Part shown: positions 9,866 through 20,223 of the stretch, piece by piece
Layout: the number at the start of each line of letters is the position of its first letter
How positions within the stretch are numbered: the first letter of the stretch is position 1
Origin: Phycisphaerales bacterium
GTDB taxonomy: Bacteria; Planctomycetota; Phycisphaerae; UBA1845
DNA length: 64,000 nucleotides
Direction: 5' to 3'
Assembly: GCA_020639115.1 (NCBI GenBank)
Contig: JACKHG010000017.1
Coordinates: 17,790-81,789 of the forward strand
Notes under the pieces: model-generated
The model's database searches: none
What the model saw: the letters and a program-made list of their open reading frames with translations, nothing else
Told to the model about the DNA's origin: nothing
Program-made: the position numbers and the translations under genes

Positions 9866-10199
9866 AAGGGTTGTTCCAGCGCGCAACTGTGACTTCTCAC
9901 TCTCGCCCTGCCGGCGTCGCGCATCGGTGATCAGCGCACGTAAGGCGAGCTGGATCGACAAGTGGTGACACTCAAACCGTGCAGGCCACGAGCCCGATGA
10001 GAGGAGACGCCCCCCGTCCCCTGCCCCGAAGGGGTCACACTGATCGTACGTCCTTGATTTCGCGGGTTCAAGCCGCAAGTGGCTGACAAGAACGCCAGCG
10101 ACGGCAGGTATGCCCGATCGAAGCCCGGCGTGCATCGGACTTGTGTCCGAGCGGGAGCGGGACCGAGATGGGCAGCGCGTGCCGCTGGCCGGCGGGTGG

Positions 10200-12893
10200 T
10201 CAGGCCGGCGCTGGACGCTGCGTGGACGGCGCGTGCAACTGGTTGCAGATGAGTTCGATCAGGGCCCGGTAACCGATCGGTTTGGCGGCGTAGTCGTTGC
10301 AGCCGGCGGCGAGGCACTGGGCGCGATCGCCGGTCATGGCGTGGGCGGTGAGGGCGATGATCGGCAGGCGGCAGCCCATCTGCCGCAACCGCCGCGCGGC
10401 GGTGTAGCCGTCGATCTCCGGCATCTGCATGTCCATCAGCACGAGGTCGACCGGGGCGGGGTCGCGCAGCCGGCCGGTGGCGGTGCGATCGATGGTGAGC
10501 GTCTCGAGCGCCTCGCGTCCGTTTTCGGTGACGATGACCTCGGCGCCGGCCCGGCGCAGGTGGAAGGTGATGAGCTTGCGATTATCCGTTCCGTCCTCCG
10601 CCAGCAGGATGCGTCGTCCGCGCAGGGCGTGTTGGGGGAGGGGCGGCGTCTTGTCCGGCGCCGAGTCGGGCACGAACGATACGTCGCGTGGTTCTGCGGT
10701 AGGAGTGCTGGGCGGCTTCGACTCCTCCGCCGCGGTGGCTGCGACGGTCAGCGTGAAGGTGCTGCCGGCGCCGGGCTGCGACTGGACGGTGATGGAGCCG
10801 CCCAGCATTTCGGCGAGGCGTTTGGAAAGGTGGAGGCCGAGGCCGGTTCCGCCGAAGCGGCGCGTCATGGAGGCATCGGCCTGGGTGAATGCTTCGAACA
10901 AGCGCCCCATCTGCTCCGGGGTCATGCCGATGCCGGTATCGCGAACGTCGAAGGTGAGCAGGGGCACAGCGCCTGAAGCGTCTGCGACGAGGGTTACGGT
11001 GACATCCACCGTGCCGTCGCGCGTGAACTTGATGGCGTTGCCGATCAGGTTGACGAGGATCTGGCGCACGCGCACGGGATCGCTGATGATCCGTTCCGGT
11101 ACGGCAATGTCGTGGTTGACCTTGAGGGTCAGGCCCTTCGCGGCGGCCTGAACGTGGAGCAGGGTAATGACCTCGGCGACGATGCGCCGGGGCGCCATGG
11201 CGACGCGTTCGACGGTGAACTTGCCGGCCTCGACTTTGGAAAGGTCGAGGATGTCGTTGATGATGGCGAGCAGATGCTGGCCGTTGTGGTGAATCGCGGC
11301 GAGCGCCTCGGTGCGCTGGTCCGCCGACAGGACCTCTTGTTCGGCGTCCCGGAGCAGTTCGGCGTAGCCGATGATTACGGACATCGGCGTACGGATCTCG
11401 TGGCTCATGTTGGCGAGAAAGTCGCTCTTGGCACGGTTGGCGGTTTCGGCGGCGGCGAGCGCCTCGCGTAACTGCGCCTCCACGCGTTTGAGCGGCGTGA
11501 TATCGACGCTGAGTCCGAGCATTCCGATGACGTTGCTGCGCTCATCGCGCAAGGGGACGAGGTTTGCGGAAACCCAGCGATACTCACCCGGTGCGACCTC
11601 GTGGCGATGCTCCTTGTTGAGCAGCAACCGGCCGGACTCGATCACTTCCTGGTCGGCATGCTCGCGGATCGCCCGGTCTTCCTGCGCGCGGGGCATGTCC
11701 GCATCTGTCCGGCCGACGATCTCCGCGGGCGTGGCGAACCCGTGGTCGCGGGCGAAGCGATCGTTGCAGCCCACGTACTCGTGGTTTCGGTTTTTCCAGA
11801 AGACGCTGCAGGGAATATGCTCGAGCACGTTGCGGAGCAGTTCGGTCTGGGCGGCGAGGTCGGCGGTGCGCTGCTGGACGCGCTGCTCGAGGTGGTCGTT
11901 GGCGGCGATGAGCGCTTCGCGTGCCCGTTTGCGCTCGGAGATGTCGGTCACGAAGCCTTCCAGCGCGATCAGCGCGCCGGCTTCGTCAAAAACGCCCTGC
12001 CCGCGTTCCCAGACCCATTTCTGCGTGCCGTCCGCACAGCAGAGGCGGTATTCGAGTTCAAACCGCGCGCGCTGGGCCAGTGCGGCCTGGACAGCGCGCC
12101 AGACTTCGTCGGCATCCTCGGGGTGGACGAGGTCGCCGTAGGCGACCGTGGAATTGCCGATCAAGTCGGAGCAGGCGTATCCGGTCAGCAGCAGGCAGCC
12201 CTCGCTGACGTACTCCATCGTCCAGTCGGAATCGTTGTGGCAACGGTAGGCCATGCCCGGCAGGTTGCTCAACAGAGTCGCCACGCGGCGTTCCTGCTCG
12301 CGCAGCGCCTCCGTTGCCCGGGTCCGCCGGGCGATCTCCGCCTGCAGCGCCGTGTTCGAGGCGCGCTGCTCAGCCGCCCAGCGTTCCGCGCGGGCCAACT
12401 GGGCGCGCTGGCCGCACGCCAGGTTCCACTTTTCCGTCAGGGCGCTGGCCATCTGCCGCACCTCGGCGGCGTCGAACGGTTTTTTCAGCAGCAGCAGGTT
12501 GTCGCGGTACCCGAGCCGGTTGACGATGTCGTCCCAGGTGTAGTCGGCGCAGGCGGTGCAGATGACGACCTGCAGGTGAGGGTCCACCGCCCAGAGCCGT
12601 TCGATGGTTTGAACACCATCCCAGCCCGGGGTCGTACACAGATCGATGAAAGCCACGGCGTAGGGCACGCCGGCAGTCGCAGCCGCGCGTACGCGGCGAT
12701 AGGCGTCCGCGCCGCGGCAGACCTCGCCCAGATCGAACCGACGGATCTGGCGGCGCGGGGACGACGGCCCGCCGGACTGCGGCCCCTCGGTCGCGGCGCT
12801 TCCGCCCCCGCCGAGGACCTTGCGTAGTTCCCCGGGGAGCGCAGCGCAGTCGTCGACGATGAGTATCTTGCGGTTGGGCTGCTGATCGGTCAC
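10200..12893 (-). CDS. Hybrid sensor histidine kinase (REC-PAS-PAS-HisKA-HATPase-REC)
   Basis: An N-terminal receiver (KILIVDD...) is followed by PAS-like regions and the H-box [15 protein letters not shown]. The N/G boxes are [15 protein letters not shown] and GGTGLGLHL. The C-terminal receiver has RILLAEDG...[14 protein letters not shown]...AKP. The start is uncertain: GTG at 12893 is preferred, and the longest ORF starts with TTG at 13025. Confidence 0.85.
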   Translation of the reverse strand: MTDQQPNRKILIVDDCAALPGELRKVLGGGGSAATEGPQSGGPSSPRRQIRRFDLGEVCRGADAYRRVRAAATAGVPYAVAFIDLCTTPGWDGVQTIERLWAVDPHLQVVICTACADYTWDDIVNRLGYRDNLLLLKKPFDAAEVRQMASALTEKWNLACGQRAQLARAERWAAEQRASNTALQAEIARRTRATEALREQERRVATLLSNLPGMAYRCHNDSDWTMEYVSEGCLLLTGYACSDLIGNSTVAYGDLVHPEDADEVWRAVQAALAQRARFELEYRLCCADGTQKWVWERGQGVFDEAGALIALEGFVTDISERKRAREALIAANDHLEQRVQQRTADLAAQTELLRNVLEHIPCSVFWKNRNHEYVGCNDRFARDHGFATPAEIVGRTDADMPRAQEDRAIREHADQEVIESGRLLLNKEHRHEVAPGEYRWVSANLVPLRDERSNVIGMLGLSVDITPLKRVEAQLREALAAAETANRAKSDFLANMSHEIRTPMSVIIGYAELLRDAEQEVLSADQRTEALAAIHHNGQHLLAIINDILDLSKVEAGKFTVERVAMAPRRIVAEVITLLHVQAAAKGLTLKVNHDIAVPERIISDPVRVRQILVNLIGNAIKFTRDGTVDVTVTLVADASGAVPLLTFDVRDTGIGMTPEQMGRLFEAFTQADASMTRRFGGTGLGLHLSKRLAEMLGGSITVQSQPGAGSTFTLTVAATAAEESKPPSTPTAEPRDVSFVPDSAPDKTPPLPQHALRGRRILLAEDGTDNRKLITFHLRRAGAEVIVTENGREALETLTIDRTATGRLRDPAPVDLVLMDMQMPEIDGYTAARRLRQMGCRLPIIALTAHAMTGDRAQCLAAGCNDYAAKPIGYRALIELICNQLHAPSTQRPAPA

Positions 12894-13375
12894 GTCGTCA
12901 TCTGCTCCAGGGCCCGCAGGGGCAGTTCCAGCGTGAAAGTCGCCACTTGACCGATCCCCGGACTGAGCCACCCCAGGTACCGCCGATGTTCGCCGGCAGA
13001 AACGGCGCGGGGTTACGGCGTGCAAGCGCGTTGTGCAGCCGGATCATGAAACCGTTGGCAGACAGCGCCCGGAGTCGCCGTGGTTCACGACGTGAGATGG
13101 CCGGCGCAGGCCACGCGCGTGCGATACGGGCTGCACGAGTACCTGATACATCGGCTCAGCGATCGACGGCGTTGATGCGTCCGCTGGCGTGGAACGGCGG
13201 GGTGAAGGTCCGTGAAACGGCTGCGTAACGCGGGCGGGTGCGCTGCGGCGGCAATTCCGTGCCTTTTTTGACGGGCCCCACTGCAGACCTATAATTCCAT
13301 GTGCCGACAAGAATGGTGGGATGCGGCTCGCAGCGCGGACGAGGCGTCCTGTGCGCGTCGAGCGGAGAGTGAATC

Positions 13376-13648
13376 ATGTTCGGATTGCCGGGTTGGGCGG
13401 AATTGCTGCTGATTGCGTTCGTGGGGCTGCTGCTGTTCGGCAAGCGCCTTCCGGAAGTGGCGCGTTCGCTGGGTCAGTCGGTGGTCGAGTTCAAGCGGGG
13501 CATGCAGGGCTTCAAGAACGACATGGATCGGGCGGCGCAGCTTCCGTCGAATTCATCGTCGGCCCCGGCGGGGGCCCTGCCGGACCAGAATGCGCCGCGG
13601 CCTGCGGCACCCGCGTCGTCCACGCCGAATCAGCCCAACGCCGAGTAG
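13376..13648 (+). CDS. tatA: Twin-arginine translocase subunit TatA/E
   Basis: MFGLPGWAELLLIAFVGLLLFGKRLPEVARSLGQSVVEFKRG is the canonical TatA transmembrane plus amphipathic helix. GGAGAG lies upstream of the ATG. Confidence 0.9.
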   Translation: MFGLPGWAELLLIAFVGLLLFGKRLPEVARSLGQSVVEFKRGMQGFKNDMDRAAQLPSNSSSAPAGALPDQNAPRPAAPASSTPNQPNAE

Positions 13649-13660
13649 TGCCATCGCATT

Positions 13661-13704
13661 ATCCTAATCCCACCTAGGCGTCATCCTAATCCCACCTAGG
13701 CGTC
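13661..13704. repeat. Perfect 22-bp tandem duplication (atcctaatcccacctaggcgtc x2)
   Basis: Read directly from the sequence: 13661-13682 equals 13683-13704. Each copy carries the palindrome CCTAGG. The second copy contains the last codons and the TAG stop of the minus-strand gene 13696-14235. Confidence 0.95.
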
Positions 13705-14235
13705 GAAGGGTATCTGGTAGCAACCGTCGAACGCCTCCGCGAAGTCGAACACCCCTCCGAAGTCATCGAGCGAGTCGCTGGGCTGCTTCTGCATGAAGTC
13801 GTAGTCGATCATCGCGAACACGATGCGCCCGAAATCCAGCGTTTCGGTAATTCCCCAGGCCGCCAGCACCGAGCGAGCGAGCCGGCCCCAGCGCTGCTGG
13901 GCATAGTCGCGCAGCCCCCAGCACAGATCCTGCCCGCTGACGTGGCGGTTGAGCCGCTCGAAGCCGCCCGCGTCGTCGATCGCCGCCACGACCGTCTCGC
14001 TGAGCGACCCGTTTTCGTACATTTCGCGCAGGTCCGCGAGGTCGAGGCCGTGGCGCAGCAGGTAGCGCATGACCGAGATCTGCGCGGGCGATTCCGGACC
14101 GTGCACGCGATGCACGGCGTACCCCAAGCCCTCGCGCACAAAGTGGTAGGCCCCCTCGGGGTAGCGTCCCACCTTGGCGGCGAGTTGCTGCAGACTTTTC
14201 TCGCTAGCTTCCGCCATCTTGATGAAGCACGGCAT
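13696..14235 (-). CDS. Conserved hypothetical protein; from memory it resembles the Planctomycetes/Verrucomicrobia-restricted Minf_1886-type family
   Basis: 179-aa ORF with coding-like composition. It reads YHFVREGLGYAVHRVHG...RHVSGQDLCWGLRDYAQQRWGRLARSVLAAWGI...DFGRIVFAMID. The family assignment is by recollection only. Confidence 0.6.
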   Translation of the reverse strand: MPCFIKMAEASEKSLQQLAAKVGRYPEGAYHFVREGLGYAVHRVHGPESPAQISVMRYLLRHGLDLADLREMYENGSLSETVVAAIDDAGGFERLNRHVSGQDLCWGLRDYAQQRWGRLARSVLAAWGITETLDFGRIVFAMIDYDFMQKQPSDSLDDFGGVFDFAEAFDGCYQIPFDA

Positions 14236-14855
14236 TCCAACCGCGGTGCAGAACCTGAACCGACGCGCACTTCGGGAACATGCACGGAGCTGCCGACGGT
14301 TCGTGTCAGTCTGATTATAGGGCGACCGTCATGCTCCGGACGGCGGTCCGCCGCCGCTCGGACCACCTCCGCCACCCGATCCGCCGCCGTCGCTCGGGCG
14401 GCCCCCCTCGCTCGAGCGGCCGCGTGACGACCGGCGTCCGCGTCGCCGCCGGCGGCGGCGGTTGTCGCCACCGCCCTGATCGTTGCCGGGCCGGGACGTG
14501 CTTTCCCCAGCGTCCCCCCTTTCCGGCGTCGCATTCGCATCAGGTTTGGGAGCGCATTCTGCCCCTGGCTGGGCCCCTGGGCCGACCTTTTGTCGCCAGA
14601 GCCGCCCGCCGGCAGGGAGCGTCAGGAAGCGGTTGGTGCGACTGCGTTCCTCGCCTGCGCCGTTGCAGCTGCCGGATCCGCCGCCGCGTTGGGCGGCATC
14701 AGCGCGGCAGCTGAGCGGCCTCCGCCTGCCGAGCAGCGAGGCGGCTGCCTTTTCCTGCTGGCGGCGGCACGGAGTTCAGCCTCGTCGATCAGATCCTCAA
14801 GGCGACAGTGAAGCGGCCCCGTCCTCGGTCTGCACGTGGAGGGCTGGGTCAGGAT

Positions 14856-15728
14856 CTACCGGCCGATGGCGGTGGCAGCCCCTGCTCGGTGACGCGCTGC
14901 CCATTCCGGGGAGCTTGCGGTTACGAGATCCTCGTACGTGGTGTGTTCGTAGCGCAGGCAGCACTTCAACCGGCCACAACGCCCCGACACCTTCGCGGGA
15001 TCGAGCGTGGCCTTTTGCATCTTGGCCATTTTCATACTGATCGGCCTGAGCGTTTTGAGGAAGCTCTTGCAGCAGCACTCACGCCCGCAGGTTTCGTAGT
15101 CGGCGAGCAGACGGGCTTCGTCGCGTGCGCCAACCTGACGCATTTCGATGCGCGTCTGGAACTCATCCGCCAGTCCGCGAACGAGCGTGCGGAAGTCGAC
15201 GCGGCCCTCAGCCATGAAGTAGAAGATCACGCGTTCACCGCCGAAGAGGTGTTCGCATTCGATAACCTTCATCGGCAAATTGGCTTGGTCCGCGCGCTCC
15301 TGGCAGAACTTCTTCTTGCGCAGCGACTCGGCGCGAATGTGCTCCCAATCGGAAACGTCTTCGGGCGAAGCGAGGCGGAGAATGCGACCGTTGCTGAAGT
15401 GGAAATAGTCTGGCCCGCTCTCGTCAACGTAGCGTTTGATCTGGTCGCGCGAGACGCACTTGTCGCACCCGTCGCACGAGACGGAGACCATCTCGCCCAT
15501 CTCGATGCCGCGGTTGGTCTGGATGATGACGTTCGCGCCGCACCCGAACTTCATGCCGTCGTTCGGGTAGCGGAACTCCCCCACCGCGCGCATGTACCCG
15601 TAGCGCACCACGGCGGTCGGGTAGACCTTTTCCAGTCCGTTGCCGCACTGGCCCGGGGAGCAGCCGCTGCCGCAGCCGCCCGATTTCGGCTGATCCGCAG
15701 ATTCGCCGTTGTGAACGTTGATAACCAT
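14856..15728 (-). CDS. PSP1 domain protein (RicT/YaaT-like); the 3' end appears disrupted
   Basis: The PSP1 C-terminal domain motifs are present: VIFYFMAEGRVDFRTLVRGLADEFQTRIEMRQVGARDEARLLADYETCGRECCCKSFL...KVSGRCGRLKCCLRYE. Downstream conserved segments continue in other frames (see finding). Confidence 0.85.
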   Translation of the reverse strand: MVINVHNGESADQPKSGGCGSGCSPGQCGNGLEKVYPTAVVRYGYMRAVGEFRYPNDGMKFGCGANVIIQTNRGIEMGEMVSVSCDGCDKCVSRDQIKRYVDESGPDYFHFSNGRILRLASPEDVSDWEHIRAESLRKKKFCQERADQANLPMKVIECEHLFGGERVIFYFMAEGRVDFRTLVRGLADEFQTRIEMRQVGARDEARLLADYETCGRECCCKSFLKTLRPISMKMAKMQKATLDPAKVSGRCGRLKCCLRYEHTTYEDLVTASSPEWAARHRAGAATAIGR

Positions 15729-15977
15729 GTTCGCTTATCCGCTGCGCGTGGACGCCCCACCGGGACAGCCGGCGCCGGCGTCCCTCACGCCGGCTGGGCT
15801 GGCGGTGCAGATCGACCCCGCGACCTTGCTCTCGATTTTGAGCTGTTCGCTCGGAACCACTTTCGCCAGCGGAGTTTATCGCGTGCGCAACCGAGCCGCC
15901 AGCATATCCTGCGAAGTTGCCCGACAGGTTGCCTGAGGGCGGTCAGGAGCGACTCGCGCCGCGGGTCCGCCGGTGCA

Positions 15978-16328
15978 CTATCCAGCCGCTTCCCCGGCGG
16001 CCAGCACGGCGTCGAGCGCCGCGGTGTACGCCTCCAGGCCACGCAATCCGACCAGCTTCGCCTGTGGTTCCCCATGGCGAAAGACCATCACGGTAGGGAT
16101 CGACCCGATGCCGTACGCCGCGGCTGTTCGAGAGTGGGTGTGCACATCCAGTTTCACCACGCGTGCCTGCCCGCGATAGCGGATTGCCAGTGTTTCAAGC
16201 GTTGGCGCCAGCGCCCGGCAAGGGGGACAGTTCTCGCCCCAGAAATCCACGACGACGGGCACCGGCTGGTCCAGAACCGCGGTTGCAAAGTCCGCGTCAC
16301 CGACTTCCGCCACGATGGGCTCCCTCAT
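15978..16328 (-). CDS. Thioredoxin-family protein (CPPC active site)
   Basis: VVVDFWGENCPPCRALAPTLE...GIGSIPTVMVFRHGE shows a thioredoxin fold with a CxxC motif. Confidence 0.85.
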   Translation of the reverse strand: MREPIVAEVGDADFATAVLDQPVPVVVDFWGENCPPCRALAPTLETLAIRYRGQARVVKLDVHTHSRTAAAYGIGSIPTVMVFRHGEPQAKLVGLRGLEAYTAALDAVLAAGEAAG

Positions 16329-16438
16329 GGTCAGCCTCCCTGGCTAGAAAGCGGGCGGCGCGCGACTGCGTTGCTGCCGGTCGCGCGCCGCCGAATATTC
16401 GCTGGGACTCGGATTCTCGCGAGGTCGATGCGCCGGGA

Positions 16439-16771
16439 TCAGCCGAGGGCGGCGTCGATGGCGTCGCGGAAGTCCTTTTCGCTGCGCAGGCCCACGAACT
16501 TCTCCTGCACCTCGCCGCCGTTGAAGAGAATGACGGTGGGGATGGCGCTGATGCCGAACTTGGCGGACGTCTGCGGGTTGGCATCGGTGTCGAGCTTGCC
16601 GATGCGGGCCTTGCCCTGGTAGGCGGTCGCGAGGGCATCGATGGTCGGGCCGAGGGCCTTGCACGGAGCGCACCACTCCGCCCAGAAGTCCACCAGCACC
16701 GGCTGATCGTGCTGCAGCACGTCGGTCTCGAAGGAATCGTCACTGAACTTGAAGGTGTCGGCACCCGCCAT
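16439..16771 (-). CDS. trxA: Thioredoxin
   Basis: VLVDFWAEWCAPCKALGPTID...FGISAIPTVILFNGGE. The ATG at 16771 has a perfect AAGGAG 6 nt upstream; the longest ORF starts at 16789. Confidence 0.9.
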   Translation of the reverse strand: MAGADTFKFSDDSFETDVLQHDQPVLVDFWAEWCAPCKALGPTIDALATAYQGKARIGKLDTDANPQTSAKFGISAIPTVILFNGGEVQEKFVGLRSEKDFRDAIDAALG

Positions 16772-16882
16772 GATTTGCTCCTTGTGCATCGTCGATAGTC
16801 TGCCCTGCCGCGCTCGGGCGGCGGGATTCTAGGAGGCCCTCCAGAGGGGGTCAAGGTCGAGGTCGAGCGGAGCGGCCGGCGG

Positions 16883-17812
16883 TCAGGCGATCGCGGGCAG
16901 CGGCTTTTCGCCCTTGGGCCGTGACTTCCAGCGGCGATGGATCCAGAGGTACTGTTCCGGCGCCCGCCGGATCGAGGCCTCCATCGCGTTGGTGAACTCC
17001 TGCGTGACCCAGCGGAGCGGGTCGTCGCGATTCTGCCATTCGGCGGGGTGAATGACGCGCTCCACGCCGACCTCGAAGCGGAAGCGGTTGTCGAGCCGCA
17101 GCGCGTAGCCCACGATGATAGGCACGTCGCGCGTCATGGCGAGCAGGCCGATGGACTTGTACGTGGAAGCCTTGATCCCGAAGAAATCGACGAAGAGTCC
17201 CTTGCTGCCCGCGTTCTGATCGGCGATGAAGCCGAGGGCTCCGCCGCGGGCCAGGATATCCTCGGCGTTTTCCATCGCGCCCTTCTTGTCGATGAGTTCC
17301 AGGCCGGTCCGCCGGCGCACATCCACGACGTAGCGGTTGAGATAGACGTTATCGAGGGGGCGCATGATGGCGGCCACGTCGAAGCCGAAGAGGGCGAGCA
17401 GGTAGCCGGCCAGCTCCCAATTGCCGAAGTGCGGCGTGAGCAGCAGCGCCCCCTTGCCGTCGAGCATGCTGCGCAGGGCGTCGCGCAGGTTATGCAGGCG
17501 GATGTAGCGTCCCCAGGTGCGTTCGTTGACGAGCAGGGGCAGGAAGATGAAGTCGATCGCCAGCATGGCCAACGCCTCGAGCGAGCGCAGCGCCATCCGC
17601 TCGACCTCGCGGTCGGAGAGGTCGGGGCCGCAGGCCATGCGGATGTGGGCGCAGGCCCGGCGGCGGTGGCGCGGCAGCACGTACCACCACACGCGGGCGA
17701 AGACCCGAGCCGTGCGGAGATTCCAGTTGACGGGGAAGACGCGCAGCACCCCGATAAGCACGCGGGCGAGCGCATAGACCATCCAGGCGGCGGCTCCGTC
17801 CTTCCGCTTCAT
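16883..17812 (-). CDS. Lipid A biosynthesis (Kdo2-lipid IVA) lauroyl/myristoyl acyltransferase family protein (LpxL/HtrB-like)
   Basis: It has the PHFGNWE acyltransferase motif, an N-terminal membrane anchor, and the C-terminal RRAPEQYLWIHRRWK typical of this family. Confidence 0.8.
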   Translation of the reverse strand: MKRKDGAAAWMVYALARVLIGVLRVFPVNWNLRTARVFARVWWYVLPRHRRRACAHIRMACGPDLSDREVERMALRSLEALAMLAIDFIFLPLLVNERTWGRYIRLHNLRDALRSMLDGKGALLLTPHFGNWELAGYLLALFGFDVAAIMRPLDNVYLNRYVVDVRRRTGLELIDKKGAMENAEDILARGGALGFIADQNAGSKGLFVDFFGIKASTYKSIGLLAMTRDVPIIVGYALRLDNRFRFEVGVERVIHPAEWQNRDDPLRWVTQEFTNAMEASIRRAPEQYLWIHRRWKSRPKGEKPLPAIA

Positions 17813-17884
17813 GGCCGCATTGTAGGGACGCAGAGCGGAAGCGACAGGCCCCCGGACGGACGCGCGGCCGACGGATGGCGGCGG

Positions 17885-19651
17885 CTACGGCCCGGACTCG
17901 GCGCGGCTCAGGCTGATCGGTTCCGACTCCGGGCGGCCGCCGGGCTTGAGCGGTCCGAACATCTCCTCGACGCTGGCGGTCTGCAGCATGAAGTCCGCGT
18001 TGATGAAGCCGCCGGAGGAGAGGTCGGCCACGGTGCGGGTAATCGTGGAATACCCCAAGGCCAGGCCGTGCACGTCGGTGTCGCTGGTGGCGACGGGATC
18101 GTCGCCGAGCATGTGGATCAGCTCGGGCAGATCGGTCGGCCCGGCCAGCGGCGGCGATTGCCGGTGGCCGAAATTCGTGCGGCGAACGAGCGTGAGCTGC
18201 TCGTCGCCCGCCTGGGCGCTGATGGTGATCATGTCGCTCGGATCGCGGTAGTAGACGGGGGCTGGACAGGTCAGCGCCGTGCCGAAGAGCACCATGCGCT
18301 GGGCGCCGGTCCGCCGCACGTAGATGAGGTTGCCCGCGGCGGAGGGCACCTGGTCGAGCGTGAAGTTGTTTTCGCCGACCGGCTCGCTGCGGATGGTCAC
18401 GTCGCCGCGGGCGAGCAGCGCCTCGTAGGCCTCGACGCGGATGCGCGGGTCGGAGTCGTTGAGCAGTTCGCGCAGTTCGCCGGCGGCGCGGAACGACTTG
18501 CGGGCCCGGCCGAGTTCCTCGATTGCGGTGAGGCGGTAGGCGCTGGCCTCGTCGTGGGCCGCCGCGGAGAGCACCTCGACCGCGACGTCGTCGCCGAGCC
18601 GCAGGCCGGTGACGGCTGCGTAGAAGCGGGCGTGCTCATGGCTGTCGGTGTAGAGTTTCTGCACGGTGGGCAGCACGGTCCGCCCGATGCCCTCCCAGGC
18701 CAGCGCGATGTCCGGGTGCGGAGCATCGGGATCGACGATCTCGTCGGCGAGCTTGCGTGTGCGGTCCTCGAGGAATCCCGGACGCTCGGGCAGGTAGAGG
18801 TGCCGCACCAGGGCGAGAAAGTGGAAGGGGTCGTCGGCGAATTCAGCCGGCACGCGCAGCTCGATGTAGGACGGCGTCGTCGCCTCGGCCACCTTGCGCA
18901 GTTCCGGGAAACGCGCATTGATCTTGTTGGAGATATGCCGCACGCGCTGGAACGACGGGCGCGTCAGCACGAAGCGAAGCCGGCGCGGCGTGCTCACCTT
19001 GCCGCCACCGATGACCATGCCCTCGCGGGCGCTGAGCTGGATGCGCTCGTCGTCCGCCTTGTCGAAGGGATTGATGAAGATGGCGCCGTCCGCGGTCGCG
19101 AGCGTCTGCCCCTCGATGACCGATCCCGAGCCGACCTCGCGGAAGATGTGCAGGTCGGCGGTGTAGAGCCGTCCGCCCTCCAGCGAGACGGTCTGGGTGC
19201 CGGGCAGCGCGCGCACGGTGACGTCGAAGGTATCGCCGGTCTGGGCCGCAGCCGGGATCTGGCCTTCGACGAGCACGACGGCGGTGTCGGCGTCGTCGAT
19301 GATCTGTTCGGGGGTGATGCGGGCGGGCTTGAGGCCGGGGCCGGTGAACTCGGTGCGCTTGTACATTTCCTGTACGAGCCGGTCGCGGATCTGCTCGGGG
19401 CACTCGCTCGACCCGCGGTCGCCGAGGCCGGCGACGAGGCCGTAGCCGCGGACGCGCATGAAGCGGAGGCCCTCGATCCAGCCCTGTTCGGCGACGGTGT
19501 CGTGGTAGGCTGCGGAGTCGGTGAGGCCTTGCAGCTTGGCGTCGACGAAGCCCTTTTCGACGTCGGGTTTCTTGGGCTGGGTGTCCCAGGTGAAACTGCA
19601 GCCGGCGAGGAGGCTGCATCCGATAACCATCGCGATCAGTTTCCGGCACAT
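17885..19651 (-). CDS. flgI: Flagellar P-ring protein FlgI-like lipoprotein with an inserted HEAT-like repeat region
   Basis: I chose the start at MCRKLIAMVIGCSLLAGC, which has a lipobox. FlgI-like blocks are VRGYGLVAGLGDRGS, DTAVVLVEGQIPAAAQTGDTFDVTVRALPGTQ.SLEGGRLYTADL, ISNKINARFP and ELRVPAEF. The middle part (DDVAVEVLSAAAHDE...LLNDSDPRIRVEAYEALLARGD) looks like HEAT repeats. The match was made by eye only. Confidence 0.55.
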   Translation of the reverse strand: MCRKLIAMVIGCSLLAGCSFTWDTQPKKPDVEKGFVDAKLQGLTDSAAYHDTVAEQGWIEGLRFMRVRGYGLVAGLGDRGSSECPEQIRDRLVQEMYKRTEFTGPGLKPARITPEQIIDDADTAVVLVEGQIPAAAQTGDTFDVTVRALPGTQTVSLEGGRLYTADLHIFREVGSGSVIEGQTLATADGAIFINPFDKADDERIQLSAREGMVIGGGKVSTPRRLRFVLTRPSFQRVRHISNKINARFPELRKVAEATTPSYIELRVPAEFADDPFHFLALVRHLYLPERPGFLEDRTRKLADEIVDPDAPHPDIALAWEGIGRTVLPTVQKLYTDSHEHARFYAAVTGLRLGDDVAVEVLSAAAHDEASAYRLTAIEELGRARKSFRAAGELRELLNDSDPRIRVEAYEALLARGDVTIRSEPVGENNFTLDQVPSAAGNLIYVRRTGAQRMVLFGTALTCPAPVYYRDPSDMITISAQAGDEQLTLVRRTNFGHRQSPPLAGPTDLPELIHMLGDDPVATSDTDVHGLALGYSTITRTVADLSSGGFINADFMLQTASVEEMFGPLKPGGRPESEPISLSRAESGP

Positions 19652-20223
19652 GGCGGGGTCAACGTCTCCCAGGCAGGGGCACGTTTCGCGGGACCGGGCG
19701 GTTGCCGCCGGATCTCCCGCAACTTCCGGCGGCACAACGGTTTGAAGGCGCACGGTAACCGCCGGCCGCGTCCGCGTCAATTTCCGGGTGGCGCCGCGTT
19801 TTCGGCCCTGGGCCCGGCGATTTTCGCACGCGGGGGCGGGCGGTGCTGAACCGCCGGCGAGGGGCCGACAAGTCTGATATGCGGGCGGGCGCGCGCCCGG
19901 GCCGCGTAGGGTGGCCTCGGATTGCCAATACCCAATCCGCAGGCCGCGCGTGTTCGCCGCGTGTGTCCCGGCGGGAATGACGGACACACGCCGGATGCAG
20001 TCGCGACGAAGGACTGACGCATCGCCGGTGGAAGTGCGGCGGTTTTGCCGCAGACACTGGTTGAATGGCGGACGACAGACGTATACATTGACTGTGGGTG
20101 GGTTGCCGTGTCGGGTGCGTCAGTCTTCTGTCCTCCAACCGATATCGAAACATCCCGGGCTGGAGCGAGGTTCCGAGGCGCGGGCGCCGGGTGCCTGGCG
20201 TTTCCAAGAGTGAGTTTTCCGCC

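Noticed and set aside
13809-14540. 243-aa minus-strand ORF overlapping the 179-aa conserved gene and the gap upstream of it.
   Set aside because: It is out of frame with the well-formed 13696-14235 gene and is Arg/Ala-rich. Its upstream part is better explained as the frameshifted tail region of the PSP1 gene.
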